DNA of 64,000 bases from an uncultured virus (IMG/VR IMGVR_UViG_3300050202_000023) (Duplodnaviria > Heunggongvirae > Uroviricota > Caudoviricetes), in IMG/VR virus record IMGVR_UViG_3300050202_000023; one strand, written 5' to 3'. Made by a program: the position numbers and the translations under genes. The notes under the pieces are model-generated. The model ran no database searches, was not told where the DNA came from, and was given only the letters and a program-made list of their open reading frames with translations. How positions within the stretch are numbered: the stretch's first letter is position 1; each line of letters starts with the position of its first letter. Positions 1 to 9,121 of this stretch are shown here, in pieces.

Positions 1-70
1 CGTACACAACGGACCTAAAGACTTTGAACCGCCATTTGGTGAAGTTTTACGTATTGAACTAGACAACTAA
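1..70 (+). CDS. 3' end of a gene, probably a DUF2201-like (VWA/metallopeptidase) protein, partial
   Basis: Frame 2 reads VHNGPKDFEPPFGEVLRIELDN*. A C-terminal PPFGEV motif is typical of DUF2201-like proteins, and a DUF3150-like gene lies nearby. Confidence 0.5.
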   Translation, partial: VHNGPKDFEPPFGEVLRIELDN

Positions 71-74
71 ATTT

Positions 75-395
75 ATGAATGGATTTGATGCGTCTCAAGC
101 TGAGCTAAACGATTATAGAGAACATGCAGTTGACTACATTTATAAGGTAGTTGTAGCTAAAGAAGACCAACAGTTAGTCTTTGAAACGCCCGGTACTTTA
201 AGTTATGACGATGAGATTTATGTTCAGAAACTACGAGTCACAATACCAGATGACATAGATGTTTTTGAAATTAACAAAGAAGAAGACTGTCGTGTATTTA
301 GTAGGGATCTTGCAAAAAGTCTTCCTTTTAACAAACTAAGTACAGATTCAATATTACAGATTGCTTCTTTAGTTTACAGACAAGTAAATAACTAA
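75..395 (+). CDS. hypothetical protein (106 aa)
   Basis: ORF track; tightly packed with its neighbours. Confidence 0.75.
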   Translation: MNGFDASQAELNDYREHAVDYIYKVVVAKEDQQLVFETPGTLSYDDEIYVQKLRVTIPDDIDVFEINKEEDCRVFSRDLAKSLPFNKLSTDSILQIASLVYRQVNN

Positions 396-399
396 TAAA

Positions 400-1289
400 A
401 TGGATTTAACACGAACACTTTCTGAAAAAGCATTACTGGTTAATTTGAGTATCAGTAATTGGGGTGGAACCCGTATTGACCGAACTCTTACCAATGAAGT
501 TGAGACTTCACACGATGTAAAGAATGCCGGACGTTACCAGAAGTACTTGGTTACTTCTGAAGAGCTTAAAGAAATTAGACAGTCTACATTAGCTGTACGG
601 GATCATCACAGAAAAAATACATTGGTCTGGGATGATAATGGTGGTAGACTTTTACCCACAGCTAATTACTTTGAGTATATGAAGAAGGCTTCAGGACTTA
701 AAGAAAAGTATGAAGCGGCNNNNNNNNNNTTCAGTTTATTGAAGACTACCCCAAAATTATTGATAATGCTCAGGAACGTCTAAATAGTATCTTTAATGCC
801 AAAGACTATCCGGCTGTATCAGAATTATGGGATAGGTTTGCTATCAAACTTGAATTACTGCCAGCACCGGCCAGTACATTTAGTGTAAACTTGGATGAAG
901 CATCATTAAGTACATTAAATACCCATGCTTCAGCCGTATTATCCCAGAAACTTGATGCTGCTCAGAAAGATGCTTGGAGTCGGGTTAGTGATGTACTTGT
1001 CCGGGCTAAAAATGCTTTATCTGATAATGAAGTTGTATCTCAGTCTAAAAGTGGTGAGTTGCATACCAGACAACGGCCAATTCACACTAGTTTGTTTGAA
1101 GACATTAATGAGCTTATACAGCTTATTCCCCGATTAAATATCAAGGAAGATCCGTTGTTAGACGAGCTTTGTACTAATTTGACAGTATTAAATATTAATC
1201 CTGTTGATCTTAGAAAAGATAAAGCTCTTAAAGAAAGTACAGCTACTGAAGTAGATAGACTAATATCAAAATTTAAAAACTACTTGTAA
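400..1289 (+). CDS. DUF3150-like phage protein, one gene split by the N gap at 720-729
   Basis: The N-terminus has LVNLSISNWGG...WDDNGGRLLP. After the gap, an open frame QFIEDYPKIIDNAQERLNSIFNAKDYP... runs into ORF 891-1289. Confidence 0.7.
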
Positions 1290-1291
1290 GT

Positions 1292-1465
1292 ATGAGTAAT
1301 CAAATTATTAGGATTAGTTTGTCAGGGGGAATTGCTGAGGTAGTTTCCCCTGTTCCTAAAGGTATTACAGTCATTATACAAGACTTTGATATTAATGAAA
1401 AAGACGAGTACACAAAGAATGACGGTAATGGTCCTTTTATGGAGTATATCTATGAACACGAATAA
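1292..1465 (+). CDS. small hypothetical protein (57 aa, below the ORF-track cutoff)
   Basis: ATG 2 nt after the previous stop; MSNQIIRISLSGGIAEVVSPVPKGITVIIQDFD...HE* fills the gap exactly. Confidence 0.7.
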   Translation: MSNQIIRISLSGGIAEVVSPVPKGITVIIQDFDINEKDEYTKNDGNGPFMEYIYEHE

Positions 1466-1480
1466 ATAAATAGTTACACT

Positions 1481-1720
1481 ATGAGCTTATCTCCCCGTAT
1501 CGAGTGGTATATTAAAAGTGCTACTGAAGATCTTAGTGAAGTTGAAGACACATTAAAACGTGTCGATACTAATATTAAGGTCTTTGTAAATGATGATAGC
1601 GTTTCTGACAACGAAAAAGAAGATTTAAAAAGTCTTGTTGATAATGTTGAAACCGCTATTAATGCAGTCAATGACAGTCAAAAAGACTTGGCTGATTATT
1701 TGGACTCTTTTAACAGCTAA
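1481..1720 (+). CDS. acidic helical hypothetical protein (79 aa)
   Basis: ORF track; co-directional; coiled-coil-like composition. Confidence 0.7.
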   Translation: MSLSPRIEWYIKSATEDLSEVEDTLKRVDTNIKVFVNDDSVSDNEKEDLKSLVDNVETAINAVNDSQKDLADYLDSFNS

Positions 1721-1799
1721 GTTAGTACTAGGAATAGATAAGAAGAAATGGCATAAAATTTGTTCTTTAATCTACTAAAAATCAGCTAGTTATTACTTT

Positions 1800-1870
1800 T
1801 TATTATTCCTCACTCTGAGGAAGACTATCCTCACTCTGAGGAAACTTCTCCTTGGAGTGAGGAATAATAA
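1800..1870. repeat. iteron/operator-like array: three units with a 21-bp period inside a 16-bp perfect inverted repeat
   Basis: TCCTCACTCTGAGGAA at 1807 and 1828, and the variant TCCTTGGAGTGAGGAA at 1849. TTATTATTCCTCACTC (1800-1815) is the reverse complement of 1855-1870. Confidence 0.85.
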
Positions 1871-1900
1871 CGGTTACTCCTCAATAAATATGAGCCCTAA

Positions 1901-1932
1901 CTTGACAAATGCTTATTTATTCCTTAAATTTG
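1901..1932 (+). promoter_or_regulatory. Bacteroidota-type primary sigma promoter for the RepL-like gene
   Basis: CTTG (1901-1904), N20, TAAATTTG (1925-1932); fits the -33 TTTG / -7 TAnnTTTG consensus. Confidence 0.7.
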
Positions 1933-1942
1933 AGGAAACAAA

Positions 1943-2392
1943 ATGAGTTATATAATGAAGCTTAAAAATGAGACGGTAGTTATAAGCGAAAATGGTGTAG
2001 AAGTAACTACAAGCAAAACTTATAGTGTTAAAGTAAAAACAGATGAGTTTTACATGACCTTTTTAGATTACGTAGGGCCATTTTTTGATTTAACTAAACC
2101 TACAGACAAAAATCTAATGATTGAACTTTGTACAATGGCAGAGTATAATACAGGTATTGTTCGGCTTACTGCACATGATAAGAAAGACATAGCAAATAAG
2201 TTTAATGTTGCTGTACATAGTATTGAAAATTCAGTAACTCGTCTAAAACAAAAAAACCTTATCACTGGAGATAAAGGTAGATATTTAGTTAACCCATTTA
2301 TATTTTGGAAGGGTACTACTGAAGAGCGTAACAAGCTAATTAAGCAAAGTAAAGTAAGCTTTGGTGTGTCATTTGAACATAACTTTGAGTAA
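1943..2392 (+). CDS. RepL-like winged-helix replication/maintenance protein
   Basis: HTH-like segment (KKDIANKFNVAVHSIENSVTRLKQKNLI) followed by YLVNPFIFWKG, as in RepL-family proteins. Confidence 0.7.
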   Translation: MSYIMKLKNETVVISENGVEVTTSKTYSVKVKTDEFYMTFLDYVGPFFDLTKPTDKNLMIELCTMAEYNTGIVRLTAHDKKDIANKFNVAVHSIENSVTRLKQKNLITGDKGRYLVNPFIFWKGTTEERNKLIKQSKVSFGVSFEHNFE

Positions 2393-2398
2393 TTATAT

Positions 2399-3157
2399 AT
2401 GGTACCAATAACCCCGGATGAAATAGATAACCGGTTTAGTGAGTTTTTACTTGGACAAAAGAAGTTGCTGAAGTCTGGCAAACAGAATAAGAAACTAAGT
2501 CAAAATACGACAGAAACCTTTATTCTTAATCTGTCTCCAGCTCAACAGAATAGTCAAGGTAAAAATCTATGTGCTTATGCTACACCCGGTTGTAAAGCTG
2601 GGTGTTTGCATAAAGCCGGTTTGGGTAGAATGCCCACTGTGATTCGATCAAGACAATTGACTACAGAGGTATTTTTAAAGTATCAGGAAGCTTTTTGTTG
2701 GATACTCTATCAAGAACTTAAAGGACTTAATGTTTTAGCTAAACTTCAAAATAGACAGATTGCTATTAGGCTAAATGGAACATCTGATCTTGACTGGTTT
2801 CAGCTACTTAAAGTTAAAATTGACAAAGAGCCTTTACTTGAATTTAGTAACTTGATTTTCTATAACTATACGAAAAGTTTTAAAATGTGGGAAAAGTATA
2901 AAAATACTTCCTATGATTTAACTTTTTCAAGGTCAGAAACTAACTGGTTACAGTGTCAATGGGTTCTTGGGCTGAATGGAAATGTAGCTGTAGTCTTTCA
3001 TAAAGAAATACCGACTCAGTATCAAGGTTATCCCGTATATAACGGTGACAGTAATGACATGCGTTGGATTGATCCGGCTGGTCATATTATTGGACTTACG
3101 TTTAAGAAAGTTGGAGGAGTTAATCCATTAACAAATAATTTTGTTGTAAAAATATGA
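2399..3157 (+). CDS. gp88-like (radical-SAM-related) phage protein
   Basis: NLC-x6-C-x3-CL, IRLNGTSD, FYNYTK, LTFSRSE, NVAVVF and GDxNDMR motifs. Confidence 0.7.
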   Translation: MVPITPDEIDNRFSEFLLGQKKLLKSGKQNKKLSQNTTETFILNLSPAQQNSQGKNLCAYATPGCKAGCLHKAGLGRMPTVIRSRQLTTEVFLKYQEAFCWILYQELKGLNVLAKLQNRQIAIRLNGTSDLDWFQLLKVKIDKEPLLEFSNLIFYNYTKSFKMWEKYKNTSYDLTFSRSETNWLQCQWVLGLNGNVAVVFHKEIPTQYQGYPVYNGDSNDMRWIDPAGHIIGLTFKKVGGVNPLTNNFVVKI

Positions 3158-3444
3158 AAAATTACAAAGTAGCTCGACTTCAAGCCGGTGAGACATTCAT
3201 TACCAGTGAAAAAGGTAATTCAATGGAACCTAAGCTTAAATCCGGTCAAGAACACAAGTTAGCTCCGGTTAAGTGGGAAGACTGTCAGGTTAACGATATA
3301 GTTTTCTGTAAAGTAAGGGGAAATCTCTATACACACTTAGTTAAAGCTAAAAATCCAGATAAGGGTTTACTTATTGGTAACAATAAAGGTAAAGATAATG
3401 GCTGGACTAAACTTGTATTTGGTAAAGTAATTGAAATACTATGA
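3154..3444 (+). CDS. peptidase S24/S26-like protein
   Basis: GNSMEPKL...DIVFCKVRG...HLVKA motifs. Confidence 0.6.
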   Translation: MKNYKVARLQAGETFITSEKGNSMEPKLKSGQEHKLAPVKWEDCQVNDIVFCKVRGNLYTHLVKAKNPDKGLLIGNNKGKDNGWTKLVFGKVIEIL

Positions 3445-3665
3445 CAGATATAATAAAAGCTCCGTTTACCGATGAACAGGTGATAAAGCTAAATGAGTAT
3501 CAACATGCTGGTAAATTCCATCCGTTTACAGGTATTCCTAAAGACATGGGTTCAAGAAGAGATTGTCCAGACGCAGAATGTTTGTTAAAAGCAACTAATG
3601 CCGGTTGGGTGTGCCCGTGTGGAGATTATACTCAAGATTGGGCATGGGAGTTTATGACTAAATAA
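3441..3665 (+). CDS. small Cys-containing hypothetical protein
   Basis: ORF track; HPFT...GWVCPCGDYTQDWA; ATGA coupling. Confidence 0.75.
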   Translation: MTDIIKAPFTDEQVIKLNEYQHAGKFHPFTGIPKDMGSRRDCPDAECLLKATNAGWVCPCGDYTQDWAWEFMTK

Positions 3666-3675
3666 ACTAAACATT

Positions 3676-3894
3676 ATGGAAAGAATATTAGAGTATAGTA
3701 GAAAAATTCCAATAGGGGCTATTGGTCGAAATGGATATATGAATATTCAAGGACTAAATCTGTTTAAAGCTGGTAGTGATCCTGATGTAGTTATTACTCC
3801 AATAAACAGTAAAGGGCTTGCTTCAAGCTATTATTCAATTCCAGTTGAAGATATACCGGCTTTCATTGAGGTACTTAAACAGTTTGTTCCATGA
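3676..3894 (+). CDS. hypothetical protein
   Basis: ORF track; operon packing. Confidence 0.7.
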   Translation: MERILEYSRKIPIGAIGRNGYMNIQGLNLFKAGSDPDVVITPINSKGLASSYYSIPVEDIPAFIEVLKQFVP

Positions 3895-4112
3895 CAAAAC
3901 TAAAAGAACTGTATAGACGTGTTGCTATATACATACCCCTTGTAGTATTTACCTTAGTGATGTTAGTAACACTTTGGTGGTGTGTTGTGCCAAATGGCAA
4001 CCCAAGATATACCTTAGAGACACGATCACTTATGTTTTGGTATACTATAATAAGTATTGGGATTCTAACAATTATTTTTTCTTTTATAACAAAATTTTTT
4101 AATGAAGAATGA
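3891..4112 (+). CDS. small membrane protein (2 TM segments)
   Basis: two hydrophobic stretches; ATGA overlaps at both ends. Confidence 0.7.
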   Translation: MTKLKELYRRVAIYIPLVVFTLVMLVTLWWCVVPNGNPRYTLETRSLMFWYTIISIGILTIIFSFITKFFNEE

Positions 4113-4342
4113 ACGGATATAAAATACCTTATATAGAAGAAACACATAATATTCTTCGTGTTTATGCTCCTAGTTTAAAAGAAGCAATTGATCTTTTTAA
4201 AGAACAAGGTCCAAGATGTGGGGTAGTAACCCAATTTGAACGAATTGAAGATAGTCAAACACTAGACTTGCCCGGAATAATGATTTATAATCACAAAGAG
4301 TATCCAGTAGAAGTAGACACTTTTGCTGCTAAAAAAGAATAA
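4109..4342 (+). CDS. hypothetical protein
   Basis: ORF track; ATGA coupling. Confidence 0.7.
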   Translation: MNGYKIPYIEETHNILRVYAPSLKEAIDLFKEQGPRCGVVTQFERIEDSQTLDLPGIMIYNHKEYPVEVDTFAAKKE

Positions 4343-4354
4343 ATTAACTTAAAA

Positions 4355-5299
4355 ATGACAACATTACAACCTGAACCGGTTGTACCAGAACCGCGTATTG
4401 ATTTAACTAAAGCATATTGCTTACACGTTGATTTTATCGACGGTCAATGGAGACGGATACCGGTAAATACAATAAAATACGTGCTTAGTTTGCACAAGTC
4501 AATTTTATTGACTGATTATACAACGAAACGAACTGAACTAATTCCTGAGTTTGTGCTTGAGTCTTATATTGACAATCTTGAAGATTCTGATTACAAGCTA
4601 ATAAATATTACAGGAGAAACTGAGCCAAACTGGTTATTGCCAGCTTATACAAGTGAGTTGCTAACCAAGTTTCATTATACATGGTTTAACCGACTTACTG
4701 AATACCTACACGCAGATGAGTTTAAGAATACTCTTAGAAAGGTTAAAGACATTCGAAGTCAACAGCTTGTATTTCCAGAAAAACAGAATATGTTTACCCC
4801 TTACCTGCAAAGCTATGACAATATTAAGTCTGTTTGGTTAACAACGGGTCCGTATAGACTTGTTAACCCCAAAGGATTGGTAGCTAATGGCTTTGCTTTT
4901 GCTACATACCAGAATGAAACTCCTTACCCTCTTGACGTGTTAAAAGATAGTATTCGGGATGAGCTTGGTCTAGGTATGGTATGGGATCTGGATAATAACC
5001 TGAAAACACTCATTGATCAAGGTGTTTTACTGCTTAACATAGGAGTTACTGCTACTTCTGACCGTATACATACTGTAGGCTGGAAAAACTGGACTCAGCG
5101 AATTGTTAAAGAACTTAACTTAAAACAGAATTTGAGCTGGGTTTTGTTTGGTGATGAAGCTCAAACCTATAAACCACTTATTAACAGCAGACACAGTATT
5201 TATGAAACATACGACCCAATGCAACTAAGTCCGATTGAATTGCCAGAAAAAACAAAAGTGTTTAAAAAGCTGGAAGATTTACACAACTTAATTTTTTAA
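4355..5299 (+). CDS. uracil-DNA glycosylase (family 1)-like protein with degenerate catalytic motifs
   Basis: VFPEKQNMF, ANGFAF, QGVLLLN, HTVGWKNWT and VLFGDEAQ follow the UNG layout. GQDPY appears as TTGPY and HPS as YDP. Confidence 0.65.
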   Translation: MTTLQPEPVVPEPRIDLTKAYCLHVDFIDGQWRRIPVNTIKYVLSLHKSILLTDYTTKRTELIPEFVLESYIDNLEDSDYKLINITGETEPNWLLPAYTSELLTKFHYTWFNRLTEYLHADEFKNTLRKVKDIRSQQLVFPEKQNMFTPYLQSYDNIKSVWLTTGPYRLVNPKGLVANGFAFATYQNETPYPLDVLKDSIRDELGLGMVWDLDNNLKTLIDQGVLLLNIGVTATSDRIHTVGWKNWTQRIVKELNLKQNLSWVLFGDEAQTYKPLINSRHSIYETYDPMQLSPIELPEKTKVFKKLEDLHNLIF

Positions 5300-5301
5300 C
5301 A

Positions 5302-6093
5302 ATGGATTTTTTACACCCATCAGTTTCAGTTACTACGTTTGAAGAAAAGTTACTTCCAATCTTGTTACGGGAGAAGATTAAGTACACGTACTTGTCTACA
5401 AACAAGCATTATAATCGAAAGACAAACTTCTTTACCATTTATGAACGGGAACTTAAGTCGGATATATTGTTTGCTGTGTTTAACAATCAAGTATATGAGC
5501 TGGCTGTACCTCGTCCAGTTACAGTATACACGGTAAATCCGGCTCATACTAAGAAACTGAGTCAAGAGCTAACTAATGCTAATTTTATACCTATAAACGT
5601 AGTTAACTTTAATCATAGGTTTAAAAACGGTATAGTTATTGCTTCCCCAGTTGCTGTTGTAGATTTACAACAAGACGCTATTAAACCAGAAGATTATGTT
5701 GTACAGGAAGATTATGGCTTTGACTTTTATGATGATTCAGACTACTTAGTAAAAGTACCTAAACCTATAGCTGATGAAGTTGTAAACTTAGCTGACCGGT
5801 ATAATGCTGGAAAGATTGACTGGACATTAGTAGACTGGAAATCATTGGAAGCAATGGTTAAAGTTTTAGAGTTCGGGCAACAAAAATATTCCCGGGACAA
5901 CTGGAAAAAGGGTCTCGCTACTAAAGACATACTTAGAAGTATTTTTAGACATGCAATGGCAATGAGTCGGGGTGAGTTACTTGATCCAGAATCAGGTTTA
6001 CCCCACTATGCTCACCTAGCCTGTAATGCCATGTTTATGGCTTATATGGTTGAGCAAAAACCAGAAATGGATAATCTTTTTACTAAAGACTAA
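5302..6093 (+). CDS. dATP/dGTP diphosphohydrolase (DUF5664-like) domain protein with an unknown N-terminal region
   Basis: RYNAGKIDWTLV, VLEFGQQKYSRDNWKKG, RH and DPESGLPHYAHLACN motifs. Confidence 0.8.
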   Translation: MDFLHPSVSVTTFEEKLLPILLREKIKYTYLSTNKHYNRKTNFFTIYERELKSDILFAVFNNQVYELAVPRPVTVYTVNPAHTKKLSQELTNANFIPINVVNFNHRFKNGIVIASPVAVVDLQQDAIKPEDYVVQEDYGFDFYDDSDYLVKVPKPIADEVVNLADRYNAGKIDWTLVDWKSLEAMVKVLEFGQQKYSRDNWKKGLATKDILRSIFRHAMAMSRGELLDPESGLPHYAHLACNAMFMAYMVEQKPEMDNLFTKD

Positions 6094-6351
6094 ATGACTG
6101 TATTCTTTTTTTTGATTTATGCATTCTCCACTATCTATTGTGTATTTTACTTATGGATGATGGAGAAACTTTTAGAAGAGTCTCTTTTTAACTACGTACA
6201 AAAACGAAGTCCTGAGTTTTCAGTAATGGCTATTGAAATCTCAATATTTTTTGTTCTGTTTGTTCCGGTTATTAACAGTATAACGCTTTTTATGTTTATG
6301 CAGGATACGATCAAAATAACGTATAACCTGTACTTTGAGGATGCTGACTAA
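6094..6351 (+). CDS. small membrane protein
   Basis: two hydrophobic segments; starts directly after the previous TAA. Confidence 0.65.
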   Translation: MTVFFFLIYAFSTIYCVFYLWMMEKLLEESLFNYVQKRSPEFSVMAIEISIFFVLFVPVINSITLFMFMQDTIKITYNLYFEDAD

Positions 6352-6421
6352 CTTTATACTGTTCGATANNNNNNNNNNATCGAACAGTTAATTAAATTGA
6401 ACACACTGACTAAACACAACT

Positions 6422-6625
6422 ATGGAAAATCAGGTTTTTTATAAAGTTAGTTACCGTACTAGGTCGGACAAACGTTGGGGTTATGCTGTATGTCCACTTA
6501 GTTGGGGATCATTAAAGCTGGCTCGGGAAATTTATGCTGATTCTGACATTATGATTGATGTACCAAGTGTTGAACAGGTATTTGAAGTAATAGCGGAAGA
6601 AGAACTTGACTTTAGCTATGACTGA
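6422..6625 (+). CDS. hypothetical protein
   Basis: ORF track; A-rich initiation region. Confidence 0.65.
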   Translation: MENQVFYKVSYRTRSDKRWGYAVCPLSWGSLKLAREIYADSDIMIDVPSVEQVFEVIAEEELDFSYD

Positions 6626-6812
6626 TAAACCTCAGTACGTTTGCTTTGACTGTGGTGCCCCATATCGTACACCAGAACAGCAAAAACGGGAAAGTGTAGT
6701 TACAGCACACATGGCAATTTGTCCTTTGTGTAATGAGTATAAGTCAGTGACTGCTATTCGTCACTTTAACTTTTTAGAAAAAAACTTTGAAAAACATTCA
6801 ATACTCAGATAA
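6618..6812 (+). CDS. small zinc-ribbon protein
   Basis: CFDC...H...CPLC; ATG at 6618 preferred over TTG at 6606. Confidence 0.65.
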   Translation: MTDKPQYVCFDCGAPYRTPEQQKRESVVTAHMAICPLCNEYKSVTAIRHFNFLEKNFEKHSILR

Positions 6813-7182
6813 AGTGGTTAGAGCTTATGGTTTAGCTCTAACCACTTCTTATTTGCTTGACACAATTGGATTTGTATTAAAGAAAGATTCAGAATTTTAT
6901 TCGTTTAAGAACAAAATGATTTTGAATCAACTTATACAGAACAATGCCCCAATTCTTAATCAAGCTGAAAAACTTCGGAGGCTGGTTCATCCGGGATTGG
7001 ATAGACTTAAAAAAGAAGTTACTGTACCTGTAACGGAAGAATCCTCAACAATTACTGAGGAACTTGATGTAAACTTTGGCTTGGTCCGGGATTTTACTGA
7101 GCTAATGTCAACGTTATCCCCCAAAGAACTAAGTTCATTTGGAAAGTATATGCAAACCAAACTTAACAAAGCCAAAAAATAA
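6787..7182 (+). CDS. hypothetical protein
   Basis: ORF track (TTG start); fills the gap between neighbours. Confidence 0.65.
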   Translation: MKNIQYSDKVVRAYGLALTTSYLLDTIGFVLKKDSEFYSFKNKMILNQLIQNNAPILNQAEKLRRLVHPGLDRLKKEVTVPVTEESSTITEELDVNFGLVRDFTELMSTLSPKELSSFGKYMQTKLNKAKK

Positions 7183-7733
7183 TGACACTTGCTGAATATC
7201 AATTAAACACAAAACGGACTAATGTTGATCTGGGATCAACGATGTTAAATAACATTCACATGGTTCTTGGGTTAACTTCGGAACTAAGTGAACTTTGTGA
7301 AGCACTAGTAAATGCCGATCAAGTAAATGTAGGGGAAGAACTAGCTGATCAAATGTGGTATGCTTCGGAATACTGTAATATTAACGGGTTTGATCTAGAA
7401 CTTCTACTTGCTATGCAACCAACAGTACGGGTTGATGCTGATGAAGATTATGATTATGCTCAGGAAAGTCTGGTAAACTCTATTTCAGAACTGGCTAACC
7501 TACATAAACGTGAGCTAGCTTATAAGAAAGCCCCAAGTTATGCAGTACAAAAACAGCTAATTTGTAACATTGTCTGGTGTATTACTGAAGTAATGGATCA
7601 TCAAACCATAGACTGTGATCGGGTACTACAAAATAACATTGACAAACTAAAAGCTAGATACCCAAACGCTTTTTCTGAATTTGACGCATTAAATCGAAAT
7701 TTAGCCCAAGAACGTATAGAACTTGAGAAGTAA
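7182..7733 (+). CDS. MazG-like nucleoside triphosphate pyrophosphohydrolase
   Basis: LGLTSELSEL...EELADQMWY...NIDKLKARYP motifs. Confidence 0.8.
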   Translation: MTLAEYQLNTKRTNVDLGSTMLNNIHMVLGLTSELSELCEALVNADQVNVGEELADQMWYASEYCNINGFDLELLLAMQPTVRVDADEDYDYAQESLVNSISELANLHKRELAYKKAPSYAVQKQLICNIVWCITEVMDHQTIDCDRVLQNNIDKLKARYPNAFSEFDALNRNLAQERIELEK

Positions 7734-8049
7734 ACCATTAGTAACTAAGCTAACTCAGGTTAAGTTTATATTCCACGAAAATGAAGCTATCTGTTTAGAT
7801 ATGTTTTTTATTGATGCACCATTACGTAACAAAGGGATTGGTAGTACTTTACTACTAAATCTTTGTGCGTATGCTGATAAACAAAATAAATGGATTTACT
7901 TAACTCCTGAAAAACTAATGGGTACAACTAGTCTAGGGCGGTTGTATAAGTTTTATAAAAGCTTTGGTTTTGTTCAAAATCAAGGTATAAATAAAGACTT
8001 TAGAACTACACACGCTATGTACCGTAAGCCAAGCAACTTTGAACCATGA
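7723..8049 (+). CDS. GNAT-family acetyltransferase
   Basis: acetyl-CoA motif RNKGIGS and LYKFYKSFGF. Confidence 0.75.
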   Translation: MRSKPLVTKLTQVKFIFHENEAICLDMFFIDAPLRNKGIGSTLLLNLCAYADKQNKWIYLTPEKLMGTTSLGRLYKFYKSFGFVQNQGINKDFRTTHAMYRKPSNFEP

Positions 8050-8444
8050 TCTATACTGAAGAGAAACTTAGTGATGAATTTACTAAACACCATATAGGGT
8101 TTAAAAACTTACCTGTCGTTATACATCAGTTTACAGATATAGACAAAGGGCCTCCCCATGACCATCCGGCAACGTTTAGAACTCACATTCTTAAAGGAAG
8201 TTATTTAGAGTTTATCTACAAAAAGACAAAGCATGGTTGGAAAAATGTATATAAATTACGAAAAACCGGTGATAGTTTTATTATACGGGCTAATCATATT
8301 CACCAAATTGTAGCGTTACCTCAAGGGGAATGTTGGACCGTTAGTATTGGGCCAAAACCTACACAAACTTGGGGGTTTTATGAATTTCGGGCAGATGGTG
8401 CTTATAAACGAGCACATGATCAAGAAACATGGACCAAATTATAA
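8046..8444 (+). CDS. cupin-fold protein
   Basis: PHDHP...ILKGSYLE...HIHQI...WGF motifs. Confidence 0.7.
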   Translation: MIYTEEKLSDEFTKHHIGFKNLPVVIHQFTDIDKGPPHDHPATFRTHILKGSYLEFIYKKTKHGWKNVYKLRKTGDSFIIRANHIHQIVALPQGECWTVSIGPKPTQTWGFYEFRADGAYKRAHDQETWTKL

Positions 8445-8473
8445 TCAGTAATAAATTTTAAACAAACCAAATA

Positions 8474-9103
8474 ATGGTACTTACAACTTTAATAATTCTT
8501 GCAATACTCTCAGGAATAGGATTAATTGCTGTTTATTTTATCGAAAAAGGGGAAAAGAAAAAGCCTCGTATAACTCCGATAGACCCTTCAGTTAAAACAT
8601 CCTTGACTAGTTACCCAGTTGATTATAAAGTACCGGAGCCTAAATCATCTAGCGTTTTGTCAAATCCTGACAATAAACCTTCAGTTAAACCAAGTCTAGG
8701 ACCGTCTTTACCCGCTTATAATCCTAAAAACAAGTACAAGGGGACTAAGAAAGATAAGTCAAAGAAAGCTGTAACTGATAAAGGTGTTAATCGGTTTCGT
8801 GATGATAATAGTGATGACTATTTTCCAATTAATACCTTTTCAACACCTTTAGAGCTTGACCGTACTAATGACTCTAACTGGATAAACAGTACAGATTCAA
8901 GTGATTTCAAGTTTGGGGGCGGTAATTTTGGGGGTTCAGGTGCTGGTAGTGATTATGATGTAGATAAATCAACTAGCTCATACAGTGATCATAGTAGTCA
9001 TAGTTCAAGTAGCTATGATTCGTCAAGTAGTTCAGACTTATCTTTGTCAGATTCAGGAAGTAGTGATTCAGGTAGTTCTGATGGTGGGAGTTCAAGTGAT
9101 TAA
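8474..9103 (+). CDS. membrane-anchored protein with a Gly/Ser-rich tail
   Basis: N-terminal TM segment, FGGGNFGGSGAG motif, Ser/Asp-rich C-terminus. Confidence 0.75.
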   Translation: MVLTTLIILAILSGIGLIAVYFIEKGEKKKPRITPIDPSVKTSLTSYPVDYKVPEPKSSSVLSNPDNKPSVKPSLGPSLPAYNPKNKYKGTKKDKSKKAVTDKGVNRFRDDNSDDYFPINTFSTPLELDRTNDSNWINSTDSSDFKFGGGNFGGSGAGSDYDVDKSTSSYSDHSSHSSSSYDSSSSSDLSLSDSGSSDSGSSDGGSSSD

Positions 9104-9121
9104 ACCTAAATTTAACTAATC

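Noticed and set aside
720..729. programmed frameshift in the DUF3150-like gene
   Set aside because: The frame change coincides with a 10-N scaffold gap.
1324..1352. terminator-like hairpin CAGGGGGAATT...AGTTTCCCCTG
   Set aside because: It lies inside a plausible 57-aa ORF and has no U-tract.
1807..1864. mini CRISPR array
   Set aside because: Repeats are 16 bp with 5-bp spacers, far from CRISPR geometry, and no cas genes are present.
8960..9100. tandem repeat or ncRNA in the AGT/TCA-rich stretch
   Set aside because: Explained by the Ser/Asp-rich low-complexity protein tail.
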